Below are positions 1 to 8,321 of a stretch of 11,123 nt of DNA, one piece after another; within the stretch, counting starts at the first letter, position 1, and each line of letters begins with the position of its first letter. The notes under the pieces were generated by a model. The model did no database searches, was not told where the DNA came from, and saw only the letters and a list, made by a program, of their open reading frames with translations. The position numbers and the translations under genes are program-made. Source of the stretch: Candidatus Iainarchaeum sp. (GTDB lineage: Archaea > Iainarchaeota > Iainarchaeia > Iainarchaeales > JAGVWC01); the NCBI GenBank assembly GCA_018304465.1, contig JAGVWC010000003.1:1-11123 (forward strand), given 5' to 3'.

Positions 1-1750
1 CCACCGTCGTCACCGGCGCAGTCGAATCGTTCGAGATCGCAAAATTCACATCCGAGTAATCAACACCAGTCCCGTTTAAATCCGTTCCCGCCAACCGAAC
101 AAAATAATTCCCATCCGTTACTACAGCAGTATCCCACACATACGAACAAGAAGCCACCGGCAACGCAGAACACACGAAAGCCGATAACGCCTGAGAAAGA
201 ATACTCGTTCCACTCCCCGAACTCGTAGACGAGTATGCCAACGCCGCCGTAATATTCGCCGCGACTCCAAAACCCGACTCCACATTAAAATCAACCGACT
301 GCGTACCGCTTAACGTGTTCGAATCATTCGGAGAGATTACTTGAACAAACGGCGCATTCTGATCAAAATGAAACCCGATGCTTCGGTTCAAATCCAGTTT
401 GTTGTCCGCGCGCATCGTCCTAACAGTAAAAAAAGAATTCGTTCCGACTGCCGGATTGCCGCGGCCCTGCAGATTTGAAAGCCCGTACGCATTCAGCAAG
501 AAATTCCGGTCGGTTCCATCTGCCAAAAACGGGTCCGCACCCAAGTAAACGCTTTGGGGTCCTTCGGTGTATCCGAGTGTGTTTGTGTCGTTTGCGTAAA
601 AAGCATTGAAGTTCGAGTCGATAGTGCCGTTATTGTCTTCTTTTACAACTGCGGTGCCTGAGGAATAGGTGAAGATGTTGTTCTTTAGGTTGTTTGAACT
701 GCATCGGCCATTGTAGATCGCGGCACCGCCGGACGAATTGGCGTTATTGTCCAAAAAGGTGTTGTTGTATACATTGGCTGTGACGCTTACTGTGCACTGG
801 TTGACTGGAAATCCATCCCAGTATCCTTGAGTCCAGATTGCGCCGCCGTTTGTTCCTGAGTTTCCTGTAAATAGATTGTTGTAAATATTGGCATTGATGC
901 TTGCAGAAACTGTTGAGTCTACCCAAATTTTTATTGCTCCGCCAGAACCGGTTCTTTTTGAGTTATTCGAAAAAATGTTATTGTAGACATTTGCTGTGGC
1001 CGTACCTGACGCTGAAGTAACCAGTGAGATGGCTCCTCCTCCGCTTGAAACAGAACTGTTATTCGAAAAAGTATTATTAAAAATATGAACAACCCCAGGA
1101 CCACCACTACCACTGGCCAAGTAGATTAATATTGCAACGCCGTCGGTAGTACCTGTATTATTGATAAACGTGTTGTTATAGATACTCGTCGGCGAATTGC
1201 CTGAAACAGTAAGTCCTGACACCGACGTTGATCCATTGTTGTCATGGAAAATACTATCATGAACAGAATTAATTAGCACTAAATTGAGTGCTGTTTTTGC
1301 GTATCCAATGTTCAAATCCGAAAAGCCATTCGAGTCAAGGGTTGTCACAGCCGAACTTGATTTCACTATCGCGACAAAATAATCCCCTTTGTTTGGAATT
1401 CCAGTCGAGCCAGCCACGATTTCACCCACCGAATCATCATTTCGACTCGTAAAAATGATTTTTTGTGCCGAAGTACCTTTCGCCACCAAAATCCCCGAAT
1501 TGGTCACGTATAGGTACGTGGTTCCACCGGTCTTGAATTTGACCACAGCACCCGGCTGAATCGTCAACATACAACCCGCCACGTCCACATTATTGTCAAC
1601 ATTCAAATAATACGTGTTCCCCAAAGTCCACGTGACATTCGCGTCGCCCGCATGGCACACTTTCTCCGTGTACGTTACCAGCGCCGCAGGAACGCTGGCA
1701 GAAACAACCAAGAACAACAGCGGAAACAGCATGAAAAAACAAGCGCGCAT
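1..1750 (-). CDS. Large secreted/surface protein (3'-partial): signal peptide, right-handed parallel beta-helix repeats with Pmp-like GGAI/FxxN motifs, then an Ig-like domain; putative adhesin
   Basis: Hand translation gives an open frame from ATG 1750 to the window edge (583 codons; absent from the ORF track because no stop lies in the window). It begins MRACFFMLFPLLFLVVSASVPA (signal peptide), then LTIQPGAVVKF...GILVAKGTSAQKIIFTSRNDD, then five (I/V)(Y/F)NNxFxxN...G(G/V)AI coils, then APFVQVISPNDSNTLSG...YVWDTAVVTDGNYFVRLAGTD (Ig-like). AGGAG lies 10 nt upstream of the ATG (1765-1761). Confidence 0.88.
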   Translation of the reverse strand, partial: MRACFFMLFPLLFLVVSASVPAALVTYTEKVCHAGDANVTWTLGNTYYLNVDNNVDVAGCMLTIQPGAVVKFKTGGTTYLYVTNSGILVAKGTSAQKIIFTSRNDDSVGEIVAGSTGIPNKGDYFVAIVKSSSAVTTLDSNGFSDLNIGYAKTALNLVLINSVHDSIFHDNNGSTSVSGLTVSGNSPTSIYNNTFINNTGTTDGVAILIYLASGSGGPGVVHIFNNTFSNNSSVSSGGGAISLVTSASGTATANVYNNIFSNNSKRTGSGGAIKIWVDSTVSASINANIYNNLFTGNSGTNGGAIWTQGYWDGFPVNQCTVSVTANVYNNTFLDNNANSSGGAAIYNGRCSSNNLKNNIFTYSSGTAVVKEDNNGTIDSNFNAFYANDTNTLGYTEGPQSVYLGADPFLADGTDRNFLLNAYGLSNLQGRGNPAVGTNSFFTVRTMRADNKLDLNRSIGFHFDQNAPFVQVISPNDSNTLSGTQSVDFNVESGFGVAANITAALAYSSTSSGSGTSILSQALSAFVCSALPVASCSYVWDTAVVTDGNYFVRLAGTDLNGTGVDYSDVNFAISNDSTAPVTTV

Positions 1751-1843
1751 GCTAAGAAAACTCCTAAACGCTTTACTAAACATAAGGCGTATTTCAATCA
1801 CGCATCGAACAAAGCTTTTTCGACTATTTAACGTTTGCGGTGA

Positions 1844-1915
1844 ATTCGAAGCCAAAGAATCGGTTCAGGCCGCTACGGGAACCCATCGCGAACGAGTGCG
1901 GTTTCCTTCGAACTT
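1844..1915 (-). ncRNA. Candidate structured RNA or 5' leader of unknown family
   Basis: On the minus strand, AGTTCGAAG/CTTCGAATT closes CCGC/GCGG, ACTCGT/ATGGGT and CCGA/TTGG stems. Several are G-U pairs that become mismatches on +. Folded by hand only. Confidence 0.3.
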
Positions 1916-1948
1916 TTTTGTTATTTTTATGCCTTCGCTTAACGAGCC

Positions 1949-1957
1949 TTTTAAATA
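1949..1957. promoter_or_regulatory. TATA-box-like element, possibly used in both directions
   Basis: TTTTAAATA on + lies about 23 nt before the protease GTG (1980). It reads TATTTAAAA on -, upstream of the structured element at 1844-1915. Confidence 0.5.
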
Positions 1958-1979
1958 GAATTCTAGTATTTTTTGTATA

Positions 1980-4325
1980 GTGACGACCTCGATGGTTTCC
2001 CGCGTTTGGTACTCCTTGGTATTGCTTTTTTTCCTCGTCGGATCCCTTCACTCCGTTTTCGCGGTCTTGGAACAAAACTCTCTCAAAATTTTCGCGATCA
2101 CCGATGACGGACAAGGATTATCCGCGGATTTGACTCTGGATGTTGAAACCGGTAACGGAAAAATATGGACTTCGGTTACTCCGCTGGTTGGCACCAGTAC
2201 GCAAAACGCCGAAAGAACCGCGGTGGAACTGGCCAAAAAATATTCCAGTCGCGTGGGGCAATTCGATTACAAATTCGAAATTTCTTCTTCGGCGTCGATC
2301 GTGGACGGTCCAAGCGCCGGTGCGGCCACGGCTTTTTTGGTGATTTCTTCCTTAAATGACAAACCCATTTCAAAAGACGTCGGCCTCACCGGAACCATTA
2401 ATACCGACGGAACCGTCGGGCCCGTTGGCGGCGTATTCGAAAAAGCACGCGAAGCCAACCGCATCGGAATCAAATTATTCATGATTCCCCGCGGAGAAGC
2501 CAAACAAGTCGTCAAGCTTCCGGACGGCGTCAAATCCATTAACCTCGTGGAATACGCACCGCGCGAATGGGGCATGAAAGTCGTTGAAGTCCAAAACATC
2601 GATCAGATTATCCAATACGCTTCGTCGGACATTTCCAAAATCGACGTGAACCAACAAATCGAACAAACCCTCGCGGATTTTTTACCCAGTCCGATTGCGT
2701 ATTCGCCTCAAACCCAACCATTGGCCGACATCACGCAAAAATACTTGTCCGAAAGCAAAACCCTGGTTTCCGAAGCCAAAAACGCGCTCAACACCACCAC
2801 GCTTACCGACCGACAATTAATCGACATCATGCTAGATTCCATGAACGAATCCGAACGCGTCATGGAACGCGCCTCCAACTTGTTCGACCAGAATTTTTTG
2901 TATTCGTCGGCGAATTATTCTTTTTTGGCCAAAGTCAACGCGCTTCTCATCAAGGACATCGCGCAAAACCCGTCGCTCTTGAACGAATCCAGCGTTTTAT
3001 TTCATTCCAAACTCGTGGAACTCCAAAAAGAACTGGACCAACTCAAACCCTCGGTTGACTCCGGATTGATTTCGGAAAACATCGACTGGCAAATATCCGC
3101 CCAACAACGACTCGCCTGGAGCCAAAACGGTTTGGACAAACTCGTGAATAACCAGACCATTATCATCGGACCAACTCCCGGTGCCGAATCCGATTACACC
3201 GTGCAAGTAGACCGCTTAAACGATTACGAATTCGCCATTGCATGGAAAGACGTGGCCATGGACTTGTCCCAAGACCTCAAAAAAGGAAGAAAATCCAACG
3301 GAGACGCCACGCAATTGAACGAATACATCCAAACATCATTGATCGCGGCGGAAAACGGTTTGACCCAGTTAAACGACGAGGATTTTGAAGATATCCGCCG
3401 CCGCTTCGAATCCGCGCAACAAGAACAAAAAAACGGCTGGGTACTCGCCGCCGCAACCGACGCCGCCGCGGCGTCATATTTAGCCCAAGCCGAATTATTC
3501 AGCCGCGACAAAAACGTGTCGGTTTTGAAAGCCGAACTGCAACGCCGCATCACTGAACTGGACACCAATTTATCCAAAACAAACCGTCCGTATTCGTGGA
3601 CCTACATTTACCTTGATCACGCGCGTTTTTTCCTGCAAGGCGTCAATTACTATGTGGATCACAACCAAACTTCGGCCGCCTTATCCATGGCCAAAAGCGG
3701 AATCTCGATCGTATATCTTGCGTCCTCAAGCTTTGAAAGCTCGAACCAACTGTACGATTTTTACGACAGCCTGCCCGAACAAATGTACGATTTCCAACCG
3801 GTTCCAAGCCGAATCGAAACCACGGTTCCGGGCACGGGAATCAACCTAAACGACTACCTGTTGTTTCTGGCCGTCATCATCGTGATCCTTTCCTGGGTCG
3901 TGATCGCGGTGCTCCTGCAAAAACACTCCAAAGCCCGCCAAGACCCGTGGATGACTTCTACGCAGGACCCCGAGCGAAGCGCCCAAAAACAAGTCCAGGA
4001 TTTGGACCAAAAGCTTTCCGATGGAAAAATATCGATCGAACAATACCGCGCCCAAAAAGAATCCATCGAAGAAAAAAAGAAAGCCGTTGAAGAACTCCAA
4101 AAACGCGAATCGCGTGAAGTCGTCGAAGCCGACGAACTCAAAGCCCGCGTCAAAGCCCTTGAAAGCGAAATCAAGCTTCTTCGCAAAGATTACGGCCGCG
4201 GACTGATCCTAACACCCGATTACGTGGATTCGGTTGAAACCACACGGCAACAACTGGAAAAAACCGAAAACCAACTGAAAGCCAAGAAAAAAACCGTGAC
4301 CAAAATCGAAAAAAACAAGAAATAA
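1980..4325 (+). CDS. Membrane-anchored S16 (Lon-protease-domain) serine protease, archaeal COG1750-like
   Basis: Signal peptide. DGPSAG (Ser112) and GPVGGVFEK (Lys155) are 43 residues apart, as in the Lon Ser-Lys dyad. LTGTI motif present; no AAA+ module. A long helical region follows, then a TM helix (LLFLAVIIVILSWVVIAVLL) and a charged C-terminal tail. The true start may be ATG 1992. Confidence 0.92.
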   Translation: MTTSMVSRVWYSLVLLFFLVGSLHSVFAVLEQNSLKIFAITDDGQGLSADLTLDVETGNGKIWTSVTPLVGTSTQNAERTAVELAKKYSSRVGQFDYKFEISSSASIVDGPSAGAATAFLVISSLNDKPISKDVGLTGTINTDGTVGPVGGVFEKAREANRIGIKLFMIPRGEAKQVVKLPDGVKSINLVEYAPREWGMKVVEVQNIDQIIQYASSDISKIDVNQQIEQTLADFLPSPIAYSPQTQPLADITQKYLSESKTLVSEAKNALNTTTLTDRQLIDIMLDSMNESERVMERASNLFDQNFLYSSANYSFLAKVNALLIKDIAQNPSLLNESSVLFHSKLVELQKELDQLKPSVDSGLISENIDWQISAQQRLAWSQNGLDKLVNNQTIIIGPTPGAESDYTVQVDRLNDYEFAIAWKDVAMDLSQDLKKGRKSNGDATQLNEYIQTSLIAAENGLTQLNDEDFEDIRRRFESAQQEQKNGWVLAAATDAAAASYLAQAELFSRDKNVSVLKAELQRRITELDTNLSKTNRPYSWTYIYLDHARFFLQGVNYYVDHNQTSAALSMAKSGISIVYLASSSFESSNQLYDFYDSLPEQMYDFQPVPSRIETTVPGTGINLNDYLLFLAVIIVILSWVVIAVLLQKHSKARQDPWMTSTQDPERSAQKQVQDLDQKLSDGKISIEQYRAQKESIEEKKKAVEELQKRESREVVEADELKARVKALESEIKLLRKDYGRGLILTPDYVDSVETTRQQLEKTENQLKAKKKTVTKIEKNKK

Positions 4326-4339
4326 AAACGTTTTTTTTT
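4326..4339. terminator. Probable oligo-T termination signal between the convergent protease and smc genes
   Basis: The 12-nt gap contains a T run on +. T-rich tracts on - follow the smc stop codon. Confidence 0.35.
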
Positions 4340-7325
4340 AGGCCGCCGCGCCTTCGCCGGCTTCTTTTAACCGCAATCCGACCACCGAGCTTCTTTGCTC
4401 GTTTAACGCGACTCCGATGATCTGATTCGCCTGCTTGACCACGGTGTCGTTATGCGTGATTCCGATAAACTGGTTTTTCTGGCTGATCTTGGCAATGATC
4501 CGCGCAAGTTTCGCAGAATTTTCCTTGTCAAGCGCCGCATCGGCCTCGTCGAAAATGTAAAACGGGGCGTTGTCATACAACTGAATCGCGAACAAAAACG
4601 AAAGCGCGGTCAGGGTTTTTTCTCCTCCGCTCATGGAATCGATGTTTTGGTTTTGTTTTCCCCGTACATTGGCTTCGATCAGCAAACCCGATTCCAAGGG
4701 CCGCTCGGGACTTTCCAATGCCAGTTGTCCCGTGCCTTCACCCAACAAAAACTGCATTTCTCGAAAATTCGAATTGATCTGTTCGAAACAATTCATGAAC
4801 ACTTCGGTTCGCCGATCCTCGATTTTTTGCATCATATCCATGACCGCCAATCGTTCTTCTTCCAAACGGTCGGCTTTTTTCTTGATTTCAAGCATTTCTT
4901 GTTCGTATTCCCCGAAGTTTTCCAGGGCTTTCTGGTTGATCGCTCCCATTTTCGAAATTTCGCGCTCGATTTGAGGCAACCGCTCGCGCAACTGCTTGAC
5001 ATCAAAGGTTTCAAACGTCGGAAACTCGACGAAATTCTGGGCTTCTTCGGAAACATCGGTTTTTCGAACCTCGAATTTTCCTTTTTCGACTTCAAGTTCC
5101 GTCATTTTGCGTTCGAAATCCCGGATCGCGACATTGTCTTTTTCGATGCGCTCGCGGTGATCCAGTTGTTTTTTGGTCAAACGTTCTTTTTTCTCCACCA
5201 AATCGCGGTTTTGTTCCTCGGCTTTGACCATTTCGCGGTTCAGTTTTTCAAGTTCGACTTCAATCGCCTTGCTTTCCACCCGTTCTTTTTCAAGCAGCGC
5301 CGACAAATCTTTTTTTTCGGAGGATAAGCGCTCCAGTTCCTTGGAATCGGATTCTTTTTCCTCAAGCAACACCATTTTGGTCTGCAATTCCAGTTCTTTT
5401 CGGATTCCAAGTACTCCGTTTAGCTGCCGGGTCAAGGAATTGATTTCTTCGGATAATCGGTTCAGCGCGTCGAAATTCGACTTTGCCTTGAATTCGTTGA
5501 CCTTGCTTTTTTGCTGTTCCGTCTTGTCTTGCGCGTCCTCCATTTTTTCACGAAACGCTTTGAGTTCGTTTTCCAATTCCAGGATTTTTCGCTCGTCAAG
5601 GGACGCTTTGATTCCCGAAAGCTTTTCTTCAAGCTGGTTTTTTTTCGGCAACAGTTCTTTTAACGGCGCGACGAATCGTTCAAGCTCGTTTACTTTTTCG
5701 ATGACGGTTTCCATGCTTTTCTTTTCATCCAGTAATTGTCCCCGTTTTTCATGGGCTTCCTTGATTCGGATCAATAACCGTTTTTCTTCGGAGCGCTTCG
5801 ACTCCAACACGTCGTTTTTTTGTTTTTCCGAAAGCTTCGAATCGCACGTGGGACACGCCGCTTTGGTTTTTTCCAGCGCCAAAATGGATTTTTTCACGGA
5901 ATCAAGCGAGCTTTCGGAATAGGAAATTTGCTGGACCGCCAACTCGATGTTATGTAGAATATCCTGTTGTTGTGAAAGCGGTTTTGGGTACTTGGAAAGC
6001 AATTCGGACAACGAATCCTGTTTTTGCTGCATTCCTGAAATCCGCTGGTTCACCTGGTTTAATTCCGCCTGCAATTCATTGGCTTGCTGGCGGCGAAAAT
6101 CCATGGCTTTCTGGTTCGCGGACACCGTCGATTGCTTTTCAAAAAACGCCTTGGTTTGGTTTTCTTCTTCCTCTTCAAATCCCGCCAGTTCGGTTTCAAG
6201 TTCTTTTAATTCCTTGTTTTTAACCAGCAATCCTTCCTTGATTTCCCCCAATTCGGATTGTTTTTCCGCGATCCGTTTTTCGATTTCCTGCGCCTGAATG
6301 TTTTTTTCTTCGAATTGTTTTCCTTTTTCGCGCAAATCGCTTTCGATTTCCACCAATCGTTTTTCCAGTTGTTCTTTTCGGATCAAAATCTTTTCGGTCG
6401 CGGTCTGGCGCGCGGAAAACCGTTCTTCGCGCACGCGTTTCTCCGATTTTTTTTCCTCAATCAGGATTCCAATTTCGGAAAACGTTTTTTGACTCGCGGC
6501 AAGCAACACTTTGTTTGCTTCCTCGATCTCGGCTTCGAGTTCCGTCAATTCAATCCTGGTTTGCGTCAAACGTTCTTCGCGTTTTTGTTTTTCTTCCGTC
6601 AAACGAAGGGTTTTTTCCTGGTTTTTCTGCAATTCGTCCGACAAGCGCAAAATTTCGGCTTTGAAAAGCGTGGCTTTTGTTTTTTTGAGTTCTTCCTGCA
6701 ATTCATTGTGATGAATCGCGGCTTGACGATCCTGGGACAACTGTTCCAACTGACTCTGCCGTTCGCTTAAAACAATCCGCACTTCCTTGATCCGCGTTTC
6801 AACGTTTCCCAGTTCTTTTTCGGCTTCTTTTTTTTTCTCGTCAAACTCCCGGATCCCCGCGACTTCGTCGATCATTTCGCGGCGCTGAATCGCGTTCATT
6901 TCAATGATCCGCGTCACGTCGCCTTGCACCACAATGTTATGGCCATACGGCTTGATTCCCATTTCTTCAAGCATCGAAGACACTTCGTTTAAGGTAACGC
7001 GCCGGTCATTCAAACGCAACACGCTTTTTCCACCCGTGTCAATGGTGCGCGAAATCGTGATTTTTTTTTCTTTTTCGAGGTCTTCCAAATCGATTTCGAC
7101 TTTGGCGTAATCGTCTTTGGCCTGGTTGTTCACCAAGTCCGTCATGCGGCTCGCACGCAAGGCTTTGAGACTGTTGATTCCGAACACGAACAAAAACGCG
7201 TCCAAAATATTGCTTTTTCCGCTTCCATTGCTTCCCACAATCGCGGTAAAACCCATGGAAACCGGGATTTCGGCCTTACGGAACGACTTAAAGTTCCTTA
7301 AGCTGATTTTTTTGATTCGAATCAC
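4338..7325 (-). CDS. smc: SMC-family ATPase with Smc/condensin-type head and a central CXXC zinc hook in place of the hinge
   Basis: Walker A GSNGSGKS (aa 31-38), KALRA R-loop, VVQG Q-loop, GAINQKALENF neck motif, MSGGE signature, FYIFDEADAALD Walker B/D-loop and ITH H-loop. Long coiled coils with CPTC at aa 491-494. GTG start with GGTG upstream. Confidence 0.93.
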   Translation of the reverse strand: MIRIKKISLRNFKSFRKAEIPVSMGFTAIVGSNGSGKSNILDAFLFVFGINSLKALRASRMTDLVNNQAKDDYAKVEIDLEDLEKEKKITISRTIDTGGKSVLRLNDRRVTLNEVSSMLEEMGIKPYGHNIVVQGDVTRIIEMNAIQRREMIDEVAGIREFDEKKKEAEKELGNVETRIKEVRIVLSERQSQLEQLSQDRQAAIHHNELQEELKKTKATLFKAEILRLSDELQKNQEKTLRLTEEKQKREERLTQTRIELTELEAEIEEANKVLLAASQKTFSEIGILIEEKKSEKRVREERFSARQTATEKILIRKEQLEKRLVEIESDLREKGKQFEEKNIQAQEIEKRIAEKQSELGEIKEGLLVKNKELKELETELAGFEEEEENQTKAFFEKQSTVSANQKAMDFRRQQANELQAELNQVNQRISGMQQKQDSLSELLSKYPKPLSQQQDILHNIELAVQQISYSESSLDSVKKSILALEKTKAACPTCDSKLSEKQKNDVLESKRSEEKRLLIRIKEAHEKRGQLLDEKKSMETVIEKVNELERFVAPLKELLPKKNQLEEKLSGIKASLDERKILELENELKAFREKMEDAQDKTEQQKSKVNEFKAKSNFDALNRLSEEINSLTRQLNGVLGIRKELELQTKMVLLEEKESDSKELERLSSEKKDLSALLEKERVESKAIEVELEKLNREMVKAEEQNRDLVEKKERLTKKQLDHRERIEKDNVAIRDFERKMTELEVEKGKFEVRKTDVSEEAQNFVEFPTFETFDVKQLRERLPQIEREISKMGAINQKALENFGEYEQEMLEIKKKADRLEEERLAVMDMMQKIEDRRTEVFMNCFEQINSNFREMQFLLGEGTGQLALESPERPLESGLLIEANVRGKQNQNIDSMSGGEKTLTALSFLFAIQLYDNAPFYIFDEADAALDKENSAKLARIIAKISQKNQFIGITHNDTVVKQANQIIGVALNEQRSSVVGLRLKEAGEGAAA

Positions 7326-7352
7326 GTCAACACCGTGGAAGGGAGAAAAACG

Positions 7353-8150
7353 CTATTTGCGTTTGTATTCTTCGGATAAATAATAAAACGGAACCGCCAA
7401 ATTGGAAAAAACGATTTGTACCAACCAAAAAAAACCCACGATGAACAGCGCCCAATTCGGATCCGCAACCGAACCCGATAACCCATTCGAAACCGCGTCA
7501 ATGATCGACAAGAGCACGGATAAAATCACCAGGAAAAAAACCGTTCCGAAAAAATGTTTTTTGAGAAAACCACCGGTTTTCTTCAACCCGTCTTTGATGG
7601 AAACGTTTTCCACGGCAATCACGGGCAATCCGATCATCAAGAGCAATCCCGTGGGAATCGCAAGCACGATCCAAATCAAAAATCCAAGCAAAAACAAAAT
7701 CCAATGCCACTGGCCCACCCACGCCACGATTCCCAAAAGCACGGTGAACAATCCGGCAATCAAAAGCAACCAAACCGACCACATCACGACCACGCCGAGT
7801 TTTTGCACCGCAAACCCCGCGGACTCGAACACCTCTGTTTTTCGTTCTTGCTGGCGCTTGGCAAACCGCGCAAATGCGATTCCCGCCCACGAATTCACGA
7901 CCACGGAAACAAAGATGGCCCCCAGCAACAAGAACAATTCCGTGGAATACGCAAAAACCAAGTACAACACCGCGTTAGGGCTTCCGATTCCCGCGGTTGG
8001 GCCATATAACAATTCATTCAAAATCACGGCCAATGGTTCTTCCAAAAGCCCAATCAAGGTCATATTGGCGCAAACGGCCAACAAGGCAATCATCAATAAA
8101 AAAGGGCTTCGTACCAGACTGAAAACCAGACGCAAATACTCTCGAAACAT
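7353..8150 (-). CDS. Multi-pass integral membrane protein of unknown function
   Basis: 265 aa with about 6 hydrophobic segments. Co-oriented with smc and 27 nt upstream of it. The PVIAVENVSIKDGLKKT loop is typical of widespread uncharacterised membrane domains. Confidence 0.85.
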   Translation of the reverse strand: MFREYLRLVFSLVRSPFLLMIALLAVCANMTLIGLLEEPLAVILNELLYGPTAGIGSPNAVLYLVFAYSTELFLLLGAIFVSVVVNSWAGIAFARFAKRQQERKTEVFESAGFAVQKLGVVVMWSVWLLLIAGLFTVLLGIVAWVGQWHWILFLLGFLIWIVLAIPTGLLLMIGLPVIAVENVSIKDGLKKTGGFLKKHFFGTVFFLVILSVLLSIIDAVSNGLSGSVADPNWALFIVGFFWLVQIVFSNLAVPFYYLSEEYKRK

Positions 8151-8230
8151 AGGTTATACACCATAAATAATGAAAAACCTGTTTTTATTGGTTTGCCCCC
8201 TCTAAAACGGGGTTTGGCCAATAACCACAA

Positions 8231-8240
8231 TATATAAATA
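8231..8240 (+). promoter_or_regulatory. TATA-box-like element upstream of rpl44e
   Basis: TATATAAATA in the divergent intergenic region. A second candidate, TTTTTATA, lies at 8272-8279. Confidence 0.4.
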
Positions 8241-8321
8241 CCTTTCCGCGTGAATCTTGTTATTCAGCCGATTTTTATAGAATACTAAAAAAATCAGCTT
8301 TTCTTCAGGACCGTTTTTGAT

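Noticed and set aside
1844-1915. Assignment to hammerhead, HDV-like, fluoride or TPP riboswitch, 5S rRNA or SRP RNA
   Set aside because: Only short partial motif matches (GAAA/CTGA, GCGATGG-GTTC, ACCCATCGCGAAC). The required stems or core order are missing in each case.
744-1958. Track ORFs 744..926, 931..1113 and 1614..1958
   Set aside because: Off-frame or antisense to the continuous surface-protein frame.
4338-7325. Calling the ATPase Rad50/SbcC because of CPTC
   Set aside because: Head and neck motifs are Smc-type (LRA, GAINQKAL, DEADAALD rather than DEPT), and no mre11 is adjacent.
4452-7383. Long + strand ORFs (e.g. 4452..5327, 5173..5922, 6258..6770)
   Set aside because: Antisense shadows of the Glu/Lys-rich smc; Phe/Ser-rich translations with no motifs.
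7402-8166. 254-aa + strand ORF
   Set aside because: Antisense to the membrane-protein gene; its Lys/Asn/Thr/Pro composition mirrors hydrophobic codons.
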